IMG/VR virus record: IMGVR_UViG_3300043426_000266
Span: 141,064-205,063 of that record
Length of the DNA stretch: 64,000 nucleotides
Strand: one strand, 5' to 3'
Shown here in pieces: positions 18,836-28,562 of this stretch. The notes under the pieces were generated by a model. That model worked only from the letters and a program-made list of their open reading frames with translations, made no database searches and had not been told where the DNA came from. Position numbers and translations under genes: made by a program. Within the stretch, counting starts at the first letter, position 1; every line of letters starts with the position of its first letter.

Positions 18836-18841
18836 TTAGCC

Positions 18842-18867
18842 AAATGAGGGGATTCGTCCCCTCATTT
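18842..18867 (+). terminator. Intrinsic terminator of chmA
   Basis: AAATGAGGGGA-TTCG-TCCCCTCATTT plus T-run. Confidence 0.85.
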
Positions 18868-18898
18868 TTTATTTCAACTCTTGATCAAGGAATTAACA

Positions 18899-20320
18899 AT
18901 GCAAGGTGGAATAACCTGGGGCGAGTTTAACAATATCGTTGGTGATATTGTTAATTTAGATGAGGTCTTTGAGGAGGAAAAAGCGAGAAAGCCAATAACC
19001 TTTGTAAATGATATTAAAGTGAAAACTGATGGTGATGCATTAAGTCTACGAGACAAACTCACAATCAAATACACGGATGACATCATTGATTTGTTGCAAG
19101 GGTCAAATCCAATTGAGCAACCCGTGGAAATCGATTACTGGATCCGTACACCAGATTCAGTTGATTGGTTTATGACACCTATCATTCGAATTATGCTCGA
19201 AGATAAAACGCGGTTTAGAGATAAAAACTCTAATACCTACATTTCAACACTCAGTTACTTTTGTGATCCAACATACCGATTACCAGTAGGTTATGTTCCT
19301 GATAAACGATTTAAACGTTTATTAGACGAAGGGATTCCACGTGGTATAAATGAATTTTATCATCATTTCGATACCTTTATTGATATTTGGTTTGGAATTA
19401 AAACAAAACGGGGTGGCTACACCAAGTTCTCGGAACCCGTTTATGATTTAATTCAAAAGTATCGTGATCGGGTTTTTATCAAACATCTGCCCATGTATAC
19501 TAGACACGCGTTTGTGATTGAGTCAAGTGAGAATTATGAATCTATGGATAAGTCCGTAGTCTATCTTGCTTTAGACGCAGTCTTTACAATCACATCATTG
19601 GATATGGAAATTAAGGAGTTAAGTCCTAAGAAGTTACAAGCAAAGGCGTGGAAAGTCAATACGTTAATGTGTGAATCTGTAGAAGCTTATTTAAGACATA
19701 TCTTTTTAAAGAAAGAAGGTTTGTTACGAAAAAGTAACTGCGGAACAACCGCGTCGTTTAACACCCGTTGTGTAATCGCTTCCAATCAGGAACGTAACCA
19801 CAAATACGAATCTATCAAACTCCCTTGGGGTGTAGCGATGGTTTTGTTTGCACAAGAGATCGGCGGTATTCTTGTACGCGAACACGGATGGACTGCAAAC
19901 CAAGTTTTCCATATGCGTGCTTTATTCGCTAAAAAGTTTGATCCCTTCATTTATCAATTATTAATGAAGTTTTTAAAAGATCATCCTGATGGCGGAAAGT
20001 GGGGTATCTTACATCGCCCGCCAACTCTTGAGCGTGGTTCTCATCAGACCGTGCTTGCTGACGACATTAACACTGATCCTCGAATCTTAGTTATTTTCAT
20101 GAGTAACTTGATTACAAAAGCATTTAATGCGGACTTCGACGGTGATGAGCTCTGCTGGACTGTTCTGCATGACCGTAGAATGGAGACGTTGTTTGAAGGA
20201 CTTAGACCGCATTATGGTGCGATGGATTTAAATACCCCTTTGACTTTCAGTAGTAATCTGGGTATACCAAAAGCACATGCGGTTAAACTGGAGAGATTTT
20301 TAAATCGACACAGAGGATAA
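18899..20320 (+). CDS. Non-virion RNA polymerase beta-prime N-terminal subunit (phiKZ gp55-like)
   Basis: Catalytic FNADFDGDE, LHRPPTL (NR-x-PTL), and R-x-N-x-G...R-x-VI. Confidence 0.95.
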   Translation: MQGGITWGEFNNIVGDIVNLDEVFEEEKARKPITFVNDIKVKTDGDALSLRDKLTIKYTDDIIDLLQGSNPIEQPVEIDYWIRTPDSVDWFMTPIIRIMLEDKTRFRDKNSNTYISTLSYFCDPTYRLPVGYVPDKRFKRLLDEGIPRGINEFYHHFDTFIDIWFGIKTKRGGYTKFSEPVYDLIQKYRDRVFIKHLPMYTRHAFVIESSENYESMDKSVVYLALDAVFTITSLDMEIKELSPKKLQAKAWKVNTLMCESVEAYLRHIFLKKEGLLRKSNCGTTASFNTRCVIASNQERNHKYESIKLPWGVAMVLFAQEIGGILVREHGWTANQVFHMRALFAKKFDPFIYQLLMKFLKDHPDGGKWGILHRPPTLERGSHQTVLADDINTDPRILVIFMSNLITKAFNADFDGDELCWTVLHDRRMETLFEGLRPHYGAMDLNTPLTFSSNLGIPKAHAVKLERFLNRHRG

Positions 20321-20322
20321 AT

Positions 20323-20934
20323 ATGAATATAGTAGAGGGAGGTAGTTTATCAGGTTACGCTTCTTTTGGTCGCCTTGCAAGTAAAAAGACTATCGACTAT
20401 ATAAAAGATAGACGAGATTCTTTTAAAAGCCGAATCACAAGCGATCGAATCGCAAACCTGGTTTTCAATTTTGAAACAAGTGCACGTCGTTTAGATATTG
20501 GTGAACTTAAAGATGAAATTCGTATCGCAAAACGTCGCGAGCGTAATCTCTTTGATGATGGACATATTCGTTATATCCATGAACCAGGTGATATTCAACA
20601 CTCAAACTTTACAATGCGTCGCTTAATCATGGCTGATGTTGAAATTCAGTCTAAAGCGAGAAGTAATTTAATTGATGGTTGGGTAAATCTCTACGTCGAT
20701 CCTGACGAAGGTAAATCAGAATGGCGACATCGTGATTATCGTCGATTAAACAAAGGTCTGTATAAGAAAACTGAAGAAGGGGTAACCCGGTCAAGTTATT
20801 ATTATGAAGACCAGGGAGCAGATGAATTAACGCTTACCGAGAAACTCGATGCATTACGAACAATTGATCGAATTAAAAACCTGATTCGATTAGGGGGTGA
20901 AGACCCTACGTCGCTCAATGGTGGTCAATTATAA
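20323..20934 (+). CDS. Conserved hypothetical protein (chimallivirus core block)
   Basis: 203 aa, ends EDPTS-x-x-GG-x-L; coupled to the RNAP gene. Confidence 0.7.
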   Translation: MNIVEGGSLSGYASFGRLASKKTIDYIKDRRDSFKSRITSDRIANLVFNFETSARRLDIGELKDEIRIAKRRERNLFDDGHIRYIHEPGDIQHSNFTMRRLIMADVEIQSKARSNLIDGWVNLYVDPDEGKSEWRHRDYRRLNKGLYKKTEEGVTRSSYYYEDQGADELTLTEKLDALRTIDRIKNLIRLGGEDPTSLNGGQL

Positions 20935-20939
20935 AGACT

Positions 20940-20963
20940 AAAGAAAGGGTACGCCCTTTCTTT
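20940..20963 (+). terminator. Intrinsic terminator
   Basis: AAAGAAAGGG-TACG-CCCTTTCTTT. Confidence 0.75.
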
Positions 20964-20981
20964 TTTTGAGGATTCACCTTT

Positions 20982-21401
20982 ATGGCTAACCGTATCCCGT
21001 CTATGGATGGTTCAGGTTTTATTACTGACCCGTCTTTAAAAATAGATTATCTAATGGCTTGTTATTGTTCAACCCAACATTCACAGACTGTATTATACAG
21101 ACCTCTTATTTCAAGTTTTAGTAAAGATATTCAACTCTCATCTCAACAATGGGAAAGTTTACCTGGGTATGTTGAAGCGAGTTTGTCTCGTTTATTTACT
21201 TCTTACTTTGACCAAACTGAAATTGCAGTATCTATTGATGAGAATTCAATGGAAGATGGAACCAGTCTTTTTAAACTTATAATTGAAGGGATTGTTCGTC
21301 AGGATGGTACAAGTTATCAACTATCTAAAGAGCTTTATGTTAACCACGCCAAACTCAGTAGTGTAACTGATTTTAATATAGGAAATACAAATTATGCGTA
21401 A
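20982..21401 (+). CDS. Conserved chimallivirus protein (possible gp25/baseplate-wedge-like fold)
   Basis: 139 aa, GAGGA SD; the fold guess is weak. Confidence 0.55.
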   Translation: MANRIPSMDGSGFITDPSLKIDYLMACYCSTQHSQTVLYRPLISSFSKDIQLSSQQWESLPGYVEASLSRLFTSYFDQTEIAVSIDENSMEDGTSLFKLIIEGIVRQDGTSYQLSKELYVNHAKLSSVTDFNIGNTNYA

Positions 21402-21702
21402 GCAACTTTATATCGGAACAGTTGTTGTTGGTGAAATTGGTTATAAATACACCGTTGAAAAAGTACCTTCAAAAGAAGATTTAGTTGAAGGGGAATTAGA
21501 AGAGTCCGCTGAGGAATCAGACAACACAGTTTATGCAGATTTTAATACGCTGCTTGCCAATTTACCAGCACCATTAAACACTATTGAATATATCAACCCT
21601 GCATTCTTTCCATGTGTGGTCTTAATTGAACCAGACGCTGAATATGGTAAAGAAGAAGTTACTCAGGAGTCCGAGGAGACCACTAATGACGAAGAAAAGT
21701 GA
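21394..21702 (+). CDS. Acidic hypothetical protein
   Basis: ORF track; AGGA SD. Confidence 0.6.
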   Translation: MRKQLYIGTVVVGEIGYKYTVEKVPSKEDLVEGELEESAEESDNTVYADFNTLLANLPAPLNTIEYINPAFFPCVVLIEPDAEYGKEEVTQESEETTNDEEK

Positions 21703-21979
21703 TTTACCACTGAATTTTGATTTATCAGATCGAATCCTTCTTGCAATAAATAAATCTGAAGAAGCAATCCATTCGGTTTATTTAGTTCGCTGTAAACCAC
21801 TGTTGGTTGATCCGTATTATCATACGTTTGAAGAAATTCAAGAACAGGTACCTTTCAAAATTGACTTTAGTCATTTAAATCCACTTCATGTATTGCCTTG
21901 TGGTATTAGTATCGAGACTCAAGCGGTATTTAAAGAAGCTGAAAACCTGGTCGAAACGGATGAAAAAGGAGGTGAGTAA
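21686..21979 (+). CDS. Hypothetical protein (97 aa)
   Basis: GAGGAG SD favours the ATG at 21686. Confidence 0.6.
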   Translation: MTKKSDLPLNFDLSDRILLAINKSEEAIHSVYLVRCKPLLVDPYYHTFEEIQEQVPFKIDFSHLNPLHVLPCGISIETQAVFKEAENLVETDEKGGE

Positions 21980-22579
21980 ATGCATCCGTTTACAAAGGTT
22001 ATAGTTGATTTAGTAAATGAGTCTCCGGCACTCTACGATCGTCCTCGTTTAGATTATTTCGAGTTTAGAGATCGTTGGCTACCATTGTTCAACAAAGACT
22101 CTAACACTGCTCTAGCGCCGTTAGGTGAGTGGATACAAGGGGTGGCAAGAGGTAACGGATATATGGATGTCGATATCATTAAAGGTGGTCGAGCAATCCC
22201 GGATGAAATGTATCCGCCATATATGACAATCGAAGGCGGTGAACTAATGTTCACTGTCCCTGGAATACTTAATCGCACGATTAATGTTAAGTTAGATTCT
22301 GGTCGTGTATTGGATAACGTTCTTACTGAGTCCCAGCGTAAACGAGAAGGTCACTTGGTTGCTGGGGAAAAATATTACAATGAAGAGTTTATAGATAAGC
22401 TCAACATTGGAGTTCCGGTAGATCCAATGTTGTTTGAGAAGATGAATGAAATTTTCAAACACTTTGGAGTTGAACGTACTACTTTTAAAACCGTTGAAAA
22501 AACTACAGAAGCTTCTAATAATGTAGATAATTCAGCAGCAGGTAAAATCGACAATGACCTCCTCGACTTCGAATTCTAA
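21980..22579 (+). CDS. Conserved hypothetical protein
   Basis: GGAGGT SD; 199 aa in the nucleus core block. Confidence 0.7.
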   Translation: MHPFTKVIVDLVNESPALYDRPRLDYFEFRDRWLPLFNKDSNTALAPLGEWIQGVARGNGYMDVDIIKGGRAIPDEMYPPYMTIEGGELMFTVPGILNRTINVKLDSGRVLDNVLTESQRKREGHLVAGEKYYNEEFIDKLNIGVPVDPMLFEKMNEIFKHFGVERTTFKTVEKTTEASNNVDNSAAGKIDNDLLDFEF

Positions 22580-23732
22580 AAGAGAGTTGGCAAAATTTCT
22601 TTGGGTTCAGGATGTACATTTCGGAGCAAATGGGTTACCGTTTAATGCGGTAACCCATTCTTTTATGTACGTTTACAATATTGCAAAAAGAAAAGGGATT
22701 AAAGCGGTAGTCTTTGGTGGTGATACAACTGATAGAGAATTGCCACTTTGGTCTGATGGTGCAATTGAATATATTAACTTTATTCATTGGTTATTAAAGG
22801 ACGCAGAAGAAAACAATATTGCAATTGTTGGGATTGAGGGAACACCTTCTCATGACCGTAAGCAGTTTGTTTTGTTTGAGGAAATTAAAGCAAGTGCAAA
22901 ATTAAAGACTCAACTTATATATGTAAGTAAATTATCAATTGTTGATTTACCTATGTTTGGCCATGTTTTAGTTGTTCCCGATGAATGGAGAAGCAAAGCT
23001 ACCGACACTTACAACGAAGCAATTCTCCTTTTAAAGGAAAAAGAATTAAAACAAGTTGACTGGTGTTTTATGCACGGGTCTTTTAAATACCAGGTTCCTA
23101 GCTTTCTACAACATCGACTAGATTTACATGATCAAGATGACTACTGTAAAATCGTAAAGAAAGGTTTATTTGTTGGGCATGAACACGTCCATTCTGAATA
23201 CCAAAAGATACATTGCGCAGGTTCTCTTGAGAGATGGTCGTTTGGGCAGGAAGCCGAAAAAGGTGCTTTTTATGTTGAAGAATTAATGAATGGTTCAACA
23301 TATGTTGAATTCATTCGTAATGCAGTTGCTCAAACTTATATTGATGTAATTGTTGATGGATTAACTTCAAATGAAATTTTAGGAAAACTTAAGAAATTAA
23401 ATATTGATTTGAATAGCCAGGTCAATATTCGTTTAACAACGACTTCCGGAATTGAAGTAGTCAATGAGTTTATTGAAAAGTATAAATTCATTTATACCGA
23501 GATTAAATGGAAGTCAAAAGACCTATCTAAAAAAGGTTCCAAACCTGTCACCTTAACCGCAGATTCTAAACTAATATTTTCTAAGGTTAATTTAGATTTT
23601 GAAACATTAGAATCATTAATGTTAAAAAGGTTGGCTGACAAGTATCCGGATAAGATAAATCAACTAACTTATATCTTTAAAGATATGTTGGTAGACTTTA
23701 GAGGTAAAAATGCCGAGCGCAGTGAACGTTAG
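22554..23732 (+). CDS. sbcD: SbcD/Mre11-like metallophosphoesterase nuclease
   Basis: D-x-H (QDVHFG), GD-x-x-D (GGDTTD), GTPSHD, MHG, GH-x-H (GHEH), and GSLER. Confidence 0.9.
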   Translation: MTSSTSNSKRELAKFLWVQDVHFGANGLPFNAVTHSFMYVYNIAKRKGIKAVVFGGDTTDRELPLWSDGAIEYINFIHWLLKDAEENNIAIVGIEGTPSHDRKQFVLFEEIKASAKLKTQLIYVSKLSIVDLPMFGHVLVVPDEWRSKATDTYNEAILLLKEKELKQVDWCFMHGSFKYQVPSFLQHRLDLHDQDDYCKIVKKGLFVGHEHVHSEYQKIHCAGSLERWSFGQEAEKGAFYVEELMNGSTYVEFIRNAVAQTYIDVIVDGLTSNEILGKLKKLNIDLNSQVNIRLTTTSGIEVVNEFIEKYKFIYTEIKWKSKDLSKKGSKPVTLTADSKLIFSKVNLDFETLESLMLKRLADKYPDKINQLTYIFKDMLVDFRGKNAERSER

Positions 23733-24567
23733 AGAGATGGGTGACATCTCCGTTTCAATTGGAACAAGCTTTGCAATCCAGAGTTTGTTTAACAAACACC
23801 CAGATAAAAAACCGGAAAAGTATTTACCCGCAGCAAGAGTCGATGGTATTTATATCAATGTTCGAACTCTATTGCGTAATATGTTTAATGCAACAGAGAC
23901 ATCACGAATATTAACTACCAAACCCAAGGATTATCTAACCGCACTTAAATCTGAACTTACAGATATTAAAGCGTACATTGATTCGCAAGAAGGAAGTAAG
24001 TTAAAAGTTTACTTCTACCTACCAACTTATGCATCATTACACAAAGAGTTTGGTAAAACCGCTGAATTGAGAATTCCTAAAACTGATTTACAGAAACAAA
24101 AGCTTGAAATTGAAAAAGAGGTTTTTGGTAAATTAGAACAAGAGCTCCTTAGTTTAGATGAAGATAAACGTTATGTTAATATTACCGACATGGGCGTTAA
24201 ACCCTCAAATAGAGAAATTGGTTTACTACTTACCCACTATCCAGTGGATCTCCTTTATTCTCCAGGGTTCTCGAAGCTTTTGCTTATAGAATCTCATACT
24301 GGTCAAATCAAAGGTGAAAATGAGTGGTATACGAAGTTCTCCGCAACGGCAACGGAACGTATTCCTTTTAATAAGGCAATGCTGACTTTCTTTGGTGATA
24401 GCGGGGGGATGTTTAAACCCCAACATCATAAAGCCCGAGATGCTTTAATGTCTGTGGCCGATAAATACAAATGGACTTACCAAACTACTAGGGATAAGAT
24501 TATTCTTAATCTTAAACTCGGCGGCGAAGGTGTAATTGAACAAACCGTTCGAAAAATGTTTGGTTAA
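23710..24567 (+). CDS. Conserved chimallivirus protein (phiKZ gp66-like), possibly a nuclease-fold protein
   Basis: IN-x-RTL-x-RN, H-x-x-VDLL, ESHTG and FGD motifs; lies between SbcD and ChmC. Confidence 0.55.
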   Translation: MPSAVNVREMGDISVSIGTSFAIQSLFNKHPDKKPEKYLPAARVDGIYINVRTLLRNMFNATETSRILTTKPKDYLTALKSELTDIKAYIDSQEGSKLKVYFYLPTYASLHKEFGKTAELRIPKTDLQKQKLEIEKEVFGKLEQELLSLDEDKRYVNITDMGVKPSNREIGLLLTHYPVDLLYSPGFSKLLLIESHTGQIKGENEWYTKFSATATERIPFNKAMLTFFGDSGGMFKPQHHKARDALMSVADKYKWTYQTTRDKIILNLKLGGEGVIEQTVRKMFG

Positions 24568-24618
24568 ATAAAAACTAAACTTAATCTATTATGACTTGAA
24601 ACACTTGAGGATAAAGAC

Positions 24619-25323
24619 ATGTCTGATTTTAAAGCCCCTCCACGTACGAAAACCATTCAAGATAATCCATCGCTGCGACTAACTGCTCCAAAAGTGCAAG
24701 GTGCTGAGCGCGGACCTAGCTTAATGCTTTATGTTCATCCGAATGATAAAAACCCCTCCAACACACAGGGTCGAATAGTCGTATTTACTCAAACCCCTGA
24801 GAATGACCCAAAGAAACAAAAGATCGAAGTTAAAATAGAACTTCTTGATTTACAAACAATCGTGAAAACGATTAAACGTGCTGCAATGGCAACTGATAAG
24901 TTTGAAGTTGCGGCTGTCCAAACTCGCGTACCTAAAGACTATCGTAATCGCGCTGCTGGGATGCGTGATGATGTTAAGGTTGTTGTTGGTAAATCAGAAC
25001 AAGGGGTTTATATCTCTTTAATTAGTTGGAATGCTGAAGTTCCACGTATTCGTTTCTACTTTGGTTCAACTGAAGTCTTTGAGTTTATTCAACAAGAAGA
25101 TAAAGGTATGAAGTTTGTAGAATGGTCATCTATTCGTGCCGAAGCTTGGTGCGATATTCAGAGTTCATTAAACGTTGAAATGTTCCGTAAACACTGGAAA
25201 CCTTGGGTGCCTGCAAATCAAAACTCGGGTCAAGGCGGCGGTTATAGCGGTGGGCAGCAAAACAATTACCCTGCTAAAGCTAATCAAAACAACGATGATG
25301 ATTTAGATGATGTTTTTGGATAA
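24619..25323 (+). CDS. chmC: ChmC-like nucleus-associated ssDNA/RNA-binding (Whirly-fold) protein
   Basis: Directly upstream of the gp68-like RNAP subunit. Beta-rich body, G/Q/N linker and acidic tail; own terminator. Confidence 0.7.
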   Translation: MSDFKAPPRTKTIQDNPSLRLTAPKVQGAERGPSLMLYVHPNDKNPSNTQGRIVVFTQTPENDPKKQKIEVKIELLDLQTIVKTIKRAAMATDKFEVAAVQTRVPKDYRNRAAGMRDDVKVVVGKSEQGVYISLISWNAEVPRIRFYFGSTEVFEFIQQEDKGMKFVEWSSIRAEAWCDIQSSLNVEMFRKHWKPWVPANQNSGQGGGYSGGQQNNYPAKANQNNDDDLDDVFG

Positions 25324-25339
25324 ATAAACAATAACTATA

Positions 25340-25363
25340 AATGAGAGGACTCGTCCTCTCATT
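25340..25363 (+). terminator. Intrinsic terminator
   Basis: AATGAGAGGAC-TC-GTCCTCTCATT. Confidence 0.75.
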
Positions 25364-25374
25364 CTATTTTTTTT

Positions 25375-25399
25375 AAGATATACATTATTTACATGAATC
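25375..25399 (+). promoter_or_regulatory. Candidate early promoter
   Basis: AAGATATACATTATTTACATGAATC. Confidence 0.65.
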
Positions 25400-25415
25400 A
25401 GCACGGGGTTTTTAA

Positions 25416-26996
25416 ATGAGACTTGCACTTGAAAATGAATCGGCCATTATTATCAGCCATGGCCTAGAAAGAGAAGTGTTTCCAATCTCAGGAACGAATA
25501 GTTACGAGAAAACGAAACTCACCAAGATCATTGAGGATGATGAAGGGAATCCATACGACCCGTTTAAAAACATAAATGATTTCATTTTAACCTTAGGGCG
25601 AAGAAAACAACAGGAGCTGTTTGACGTCTATGTTCAAGTAAGTGAAAGCTTTATTGATATTTTACCTTTGGAGGAATTAAAAACCCAGTTACAAAACGCA
25701 TTTACAAGCATCTTTGATATTGTATCTGTGGATGAAGTTGAGGAGTGGATGACCAAGTATGATCTTGTTCACATTCCAACACAGATTGAACAAAACGAAT
25801 TTAGTCATTACAAGTCTGAACGCACGTATACGCCAGAGAAGTATAAAGGGTTAATTGCATTATCAGTCGCATTAAAACTTGCTGTACCAATCTGGGGTGC
25901 TTATGTTAAGTACATTACGAAAGGGTTTGGAGTTGGGCGTAAAGAGATTCATTGTATTCAGTTACTTTCCAATTCAACGATTGTAAACTCTAATCAATAT
26001 ATTGACTTTAACAGTTTTATCGTTTCAACACATGAGGTGGGTAAGTTTAAGATAGATACAATCTTAACTGGTGTGGGTACAGAGGAACAAGCAACATTAA
26101 TCCCGGCTGCTTGTTTGTTTAGAAAGATCGCGATTGCCCCTAATTTAAAGTCTAAATCAGCGGTAACTGAGGCTTATAACTATGTTGTAAATGACGGGCC
26201 GTCGCATGAGCGTAAACATCCCCATATCCGGGCGAAGAAAATTGAACGTGGTGGTGTTGGGGAAATTGAAGAACAAGCACTTTTAGAAACGTTTAAAACC
26301 AAAGAATCCATCTCCGCAGGTGATATTGCATTTATCGCATATTGCTGTGAGTTCATTGGTTTGAACTTAAAAAGTATTGTGGGTGAGGTTCCACCAGAAT
26401 GGGTTAAAGAAGCAGAAAATCTTAGAGATTACTTAATTAAAGAGAAGTTTGATTCAAACATCATGAACCTACGTTTATTACAATGGTTTGTTCCGGGCGC
26501 GCCACCACAAATCATCACTCGATTAAAATCGAATGATATCTATACACTCATGGCACATGTTGGTGTGGTAAATCCCGACCAGTATCGTGAGTACCCGATT
26601 GAGTCTTTGCTTGCAACATTGTTTACCGCTTTGGTTTACATGGGTTATCCTCAGATTGCATTGATGGTAACCGCGGTCATCTCTGACGAAGAAATAGATA
26701 CTTCAATTGGAAATTCTAGAAAACAAATTCCAGCGGAGCTTGATGCTGCGCTCGATGACCTTTACCCGATTCGTGTATCAGGTGGTAAAGACAGTATCAA
26801 CATGGTAAAAGAAGCAATAAGCAGATATTTTAATGCTTATTCTGGACGATCATACCGATCACTCTATACACCCTTTTTCAAACAGTATGTAGAGCAATTA
26901 GAAGATCGGGAAGGTAACCACTATCTTCGTCCAGAGACTCCAATTCTTCTTGCCAAAATCACATTAGACATTTATGGAGAAAGAAAAAATGCGTAA
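25416..26996 (+). CDS. Non-virion RNAP promoter-specificity subunit (phiKZ gp68-like)
   Basis: 526 aa; size and position match. Y-x-x-E-x-Y-x-x-L-x-ALSVALK-x-x-x-P-x-WG-x-Y motif recalled. Confidence 0.75.
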   Translation: MRLALENESAIIISHGLEREVFPISGTNSYEKTKLTKIIEDDEGNPYDPFKNINDFILTLGRRKQQELFDVYVQVSESFIDILPLEELKTQLQNAFTSIFDIVSVDEVEEWMTKYDLVHIPTQIEQNEFSHYKSERTYTPEKYKGLIALSVALKLAVPIWGAYVKYITKGFGVGRKEIHCIQLLSNSTIVNSNQYIDFNSFIVSTHEVGKFKIDTILTGVGTEEQATLIPAACLFRKIAIAPNLKSKSAVTEAYNYVVNDGPSHERKHPHIRAKKIERGGVGEIEEQALLETFKTKESISAGDIAFIAYCCEFIGLNLKSIVGEVPPEWVKEAENLRDYLIKEKFDSNIMNLRLLQWFVPGAPPQIITRLKSNDIYTLMAHVGVVNPDQYREYPIESLLATLFTALVYMGYPQIALMVTAVISDEEIDTSIGNSRKQIPAELDAALDDLYPIRVSGGKDSINMVKEAISRYFNAYSGRSYRSLYTPFFKQYVEQLEDREGNHYLRPETPILLAKITLDIYGERKNA

Positions 26997-28551
26997 TGAC
27001 GGAGCACAATCCATTAATGGTGGATTCGTAATTACCGATCTTATCATGTTGGAAAGTGGTCGATATAATGACCGCTTTCTACGTTCATTGAAAATTGGTA
27101 AAATCAGTTACGATACAATTGATCGTTTGGCTGAAGAAATCCTAACAACAAACGGTAAAACTTTTCGCCCCGGTGTAATTGCTTCAATTCGTTCTCCAGT
27201 AATTACATTAGATCCAGAGGTAAACCGCTCTGATGATTTGCTTGAAATATCTCGCGGATTTGATCAAAAACGTTTTTGTTGGATTATGAAAATCGAAGAA
27301 ATGGGTGCAGCTGCCGGACATCAGGCAAAACGATATACAATTACTGGCTACACTGATCGAATGGAGTTTTCAAAATTCAGTCGATCGATTCCGGATGAGT
27401 TAGAGTTTTATATCAACTCAATTCTTGAAGTAAATGGTAGTCGAAAAAATAACCTTCAACTATTTACCGAAATGAATGTACAATCCTCTAGTAAAGATTT
27501 GTATATGGTTCGTCCATCAGATGTGATTTCTAAACATGCTTTTATCAATCTCAGCACAAGCACACGTAACCGTGGGTCATACCACGGTGATGTGATTACA
27601 GGTAAGACGTTTAAAACGAGTTCTCGTCAGAATAACATTCCTGCCAATTACTTAGCTAAAACGTTGACCGGGTTACAAAAGACGCGAATGGAACTTGAAA
27701 CTGATCGATTACTTCGTGATCGTGATGAAGATATTCATAATAGTTTCCTATCTTCAGGATCACGTCGAACCGGAAGCGGCCGCTCGAATGAAATCGAATC
27801 TGAGTATGAATCAGCCCGGTTAGCGGTACACGACAGCTACGCTGAAGATTATGAATTTATTCAGATGTTAAAAGATGAAGCACGTCAAACTCAACGGGTT
27901 GGTTCATTCAACTATCGTCAATTATCCAAACTCGTTCCAGACATCGGGGATTTTATTACCCTAAATCTAGTCCGTAAAGACCTGACTTCCATTCGTGGTC
28001 GAAACGGGGATACGAACGACCGTATGGGTGATATGGACGGTGAAACTTGGGGTTACTCAACTCAAGAAGAATTGGTTGCTACTGAAGTCGCCAATGCATT
28101 CTCGACCGTAGCACTATCAACGTTCATTGCAAACATCGACATTATGTTTACTCTTAACTACGATGAGATGGATGAGATGGAATGGGATTTTGCAATCGGC
28201 TATGAAGATGACCGAGGTGAACAAGAGGGTGCTGTTTTATTCTTAGATGATGTCGGTGAAGAATTGGAAAAAGAGTTGATCGATAAACTCGGCTATACAA
28301 TGATCGACAGTGTATTAAATTCTTATCGTAGTTATGGTTACGATATTTTCATTTCTGTACAGTATAACATGAATAGAGAACTCTTTGTTCGTGTTGCAAT
28401 TGACTCCGATGAGGCACAGGAATTTTGTACCCCAATTTTCTGTGACTCAATTACTTCCCCAATTGTCTCAAACAAATCTCGTACTGGTTTAAATCTTGGT
28501 AGTGGTATTACCGAGCTTTATAAACAAGTTTACCGAGCACAAAAATCATAA
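26974..28551 (+). CDS. picA: Phage-nucleus protein import factor PicA/Imp1 (phiKZ gp69-like)
   Basis: 525 aa directly after the gp68-like gene. G-x-Y-x-x-x-x-x-R start, GYTD and F-x-INS motifs; assignment rests mainly on synteny. Confidence 0.7.
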   Translation: MEKEKMRNDGAQSINGGFVITDLIMLESGRYNDRFLRSLKIGKISYDTIDRLAEEILTTNGKTFRPGVIASIRSPVITLDPEVNRSDDLLEISRGFDQKRFCWIMKIEEMGAAAGHQAKRYTITGYTDRMEFSKFSRSIPDELEFYINSILEVNGSRKNNLQLFTEMNVQSSSKDLYMVRPSDVISKHAFINLSTSTRNRGSYHGDVITGKTFKTSSRQNNIPANYLAKTLTGLQKTRMELETDRLLRDRDEDIHNSFLSSGSRRTGSGRSNEIESEYESARLAVHDSYAEDYEFIQMLKDEARQTQRVGSFNYRQLSKLVPDIGDFITLNLVRKDLTSIRGRNGDTNDRMGDMDGETWGYSTQEELVATEVANAFSTVALSTFIANIDIMFTLNYDEMDEMEWDFAIGYEDDRGEQEGAVLFLDDVGEELEKELIDKLGYTMIDSVLNSYRSYGYDIFISVQYNMNRELFVRVAIDSDEAQEFCTPIFCDSITSPIVSNKSRTGLNLGSGITELYKQVYRAQKS

Positions 28552-28562
28552 GGTTATCAATT

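Noticed and set aside
25416-25440. ALE motif at the start of the gp68-like subunit as a head-protease site
   Set aside because: The gene follows an early promoter and encodes a non-virion RNAP subunit; a 3-residue match is expected by chance.
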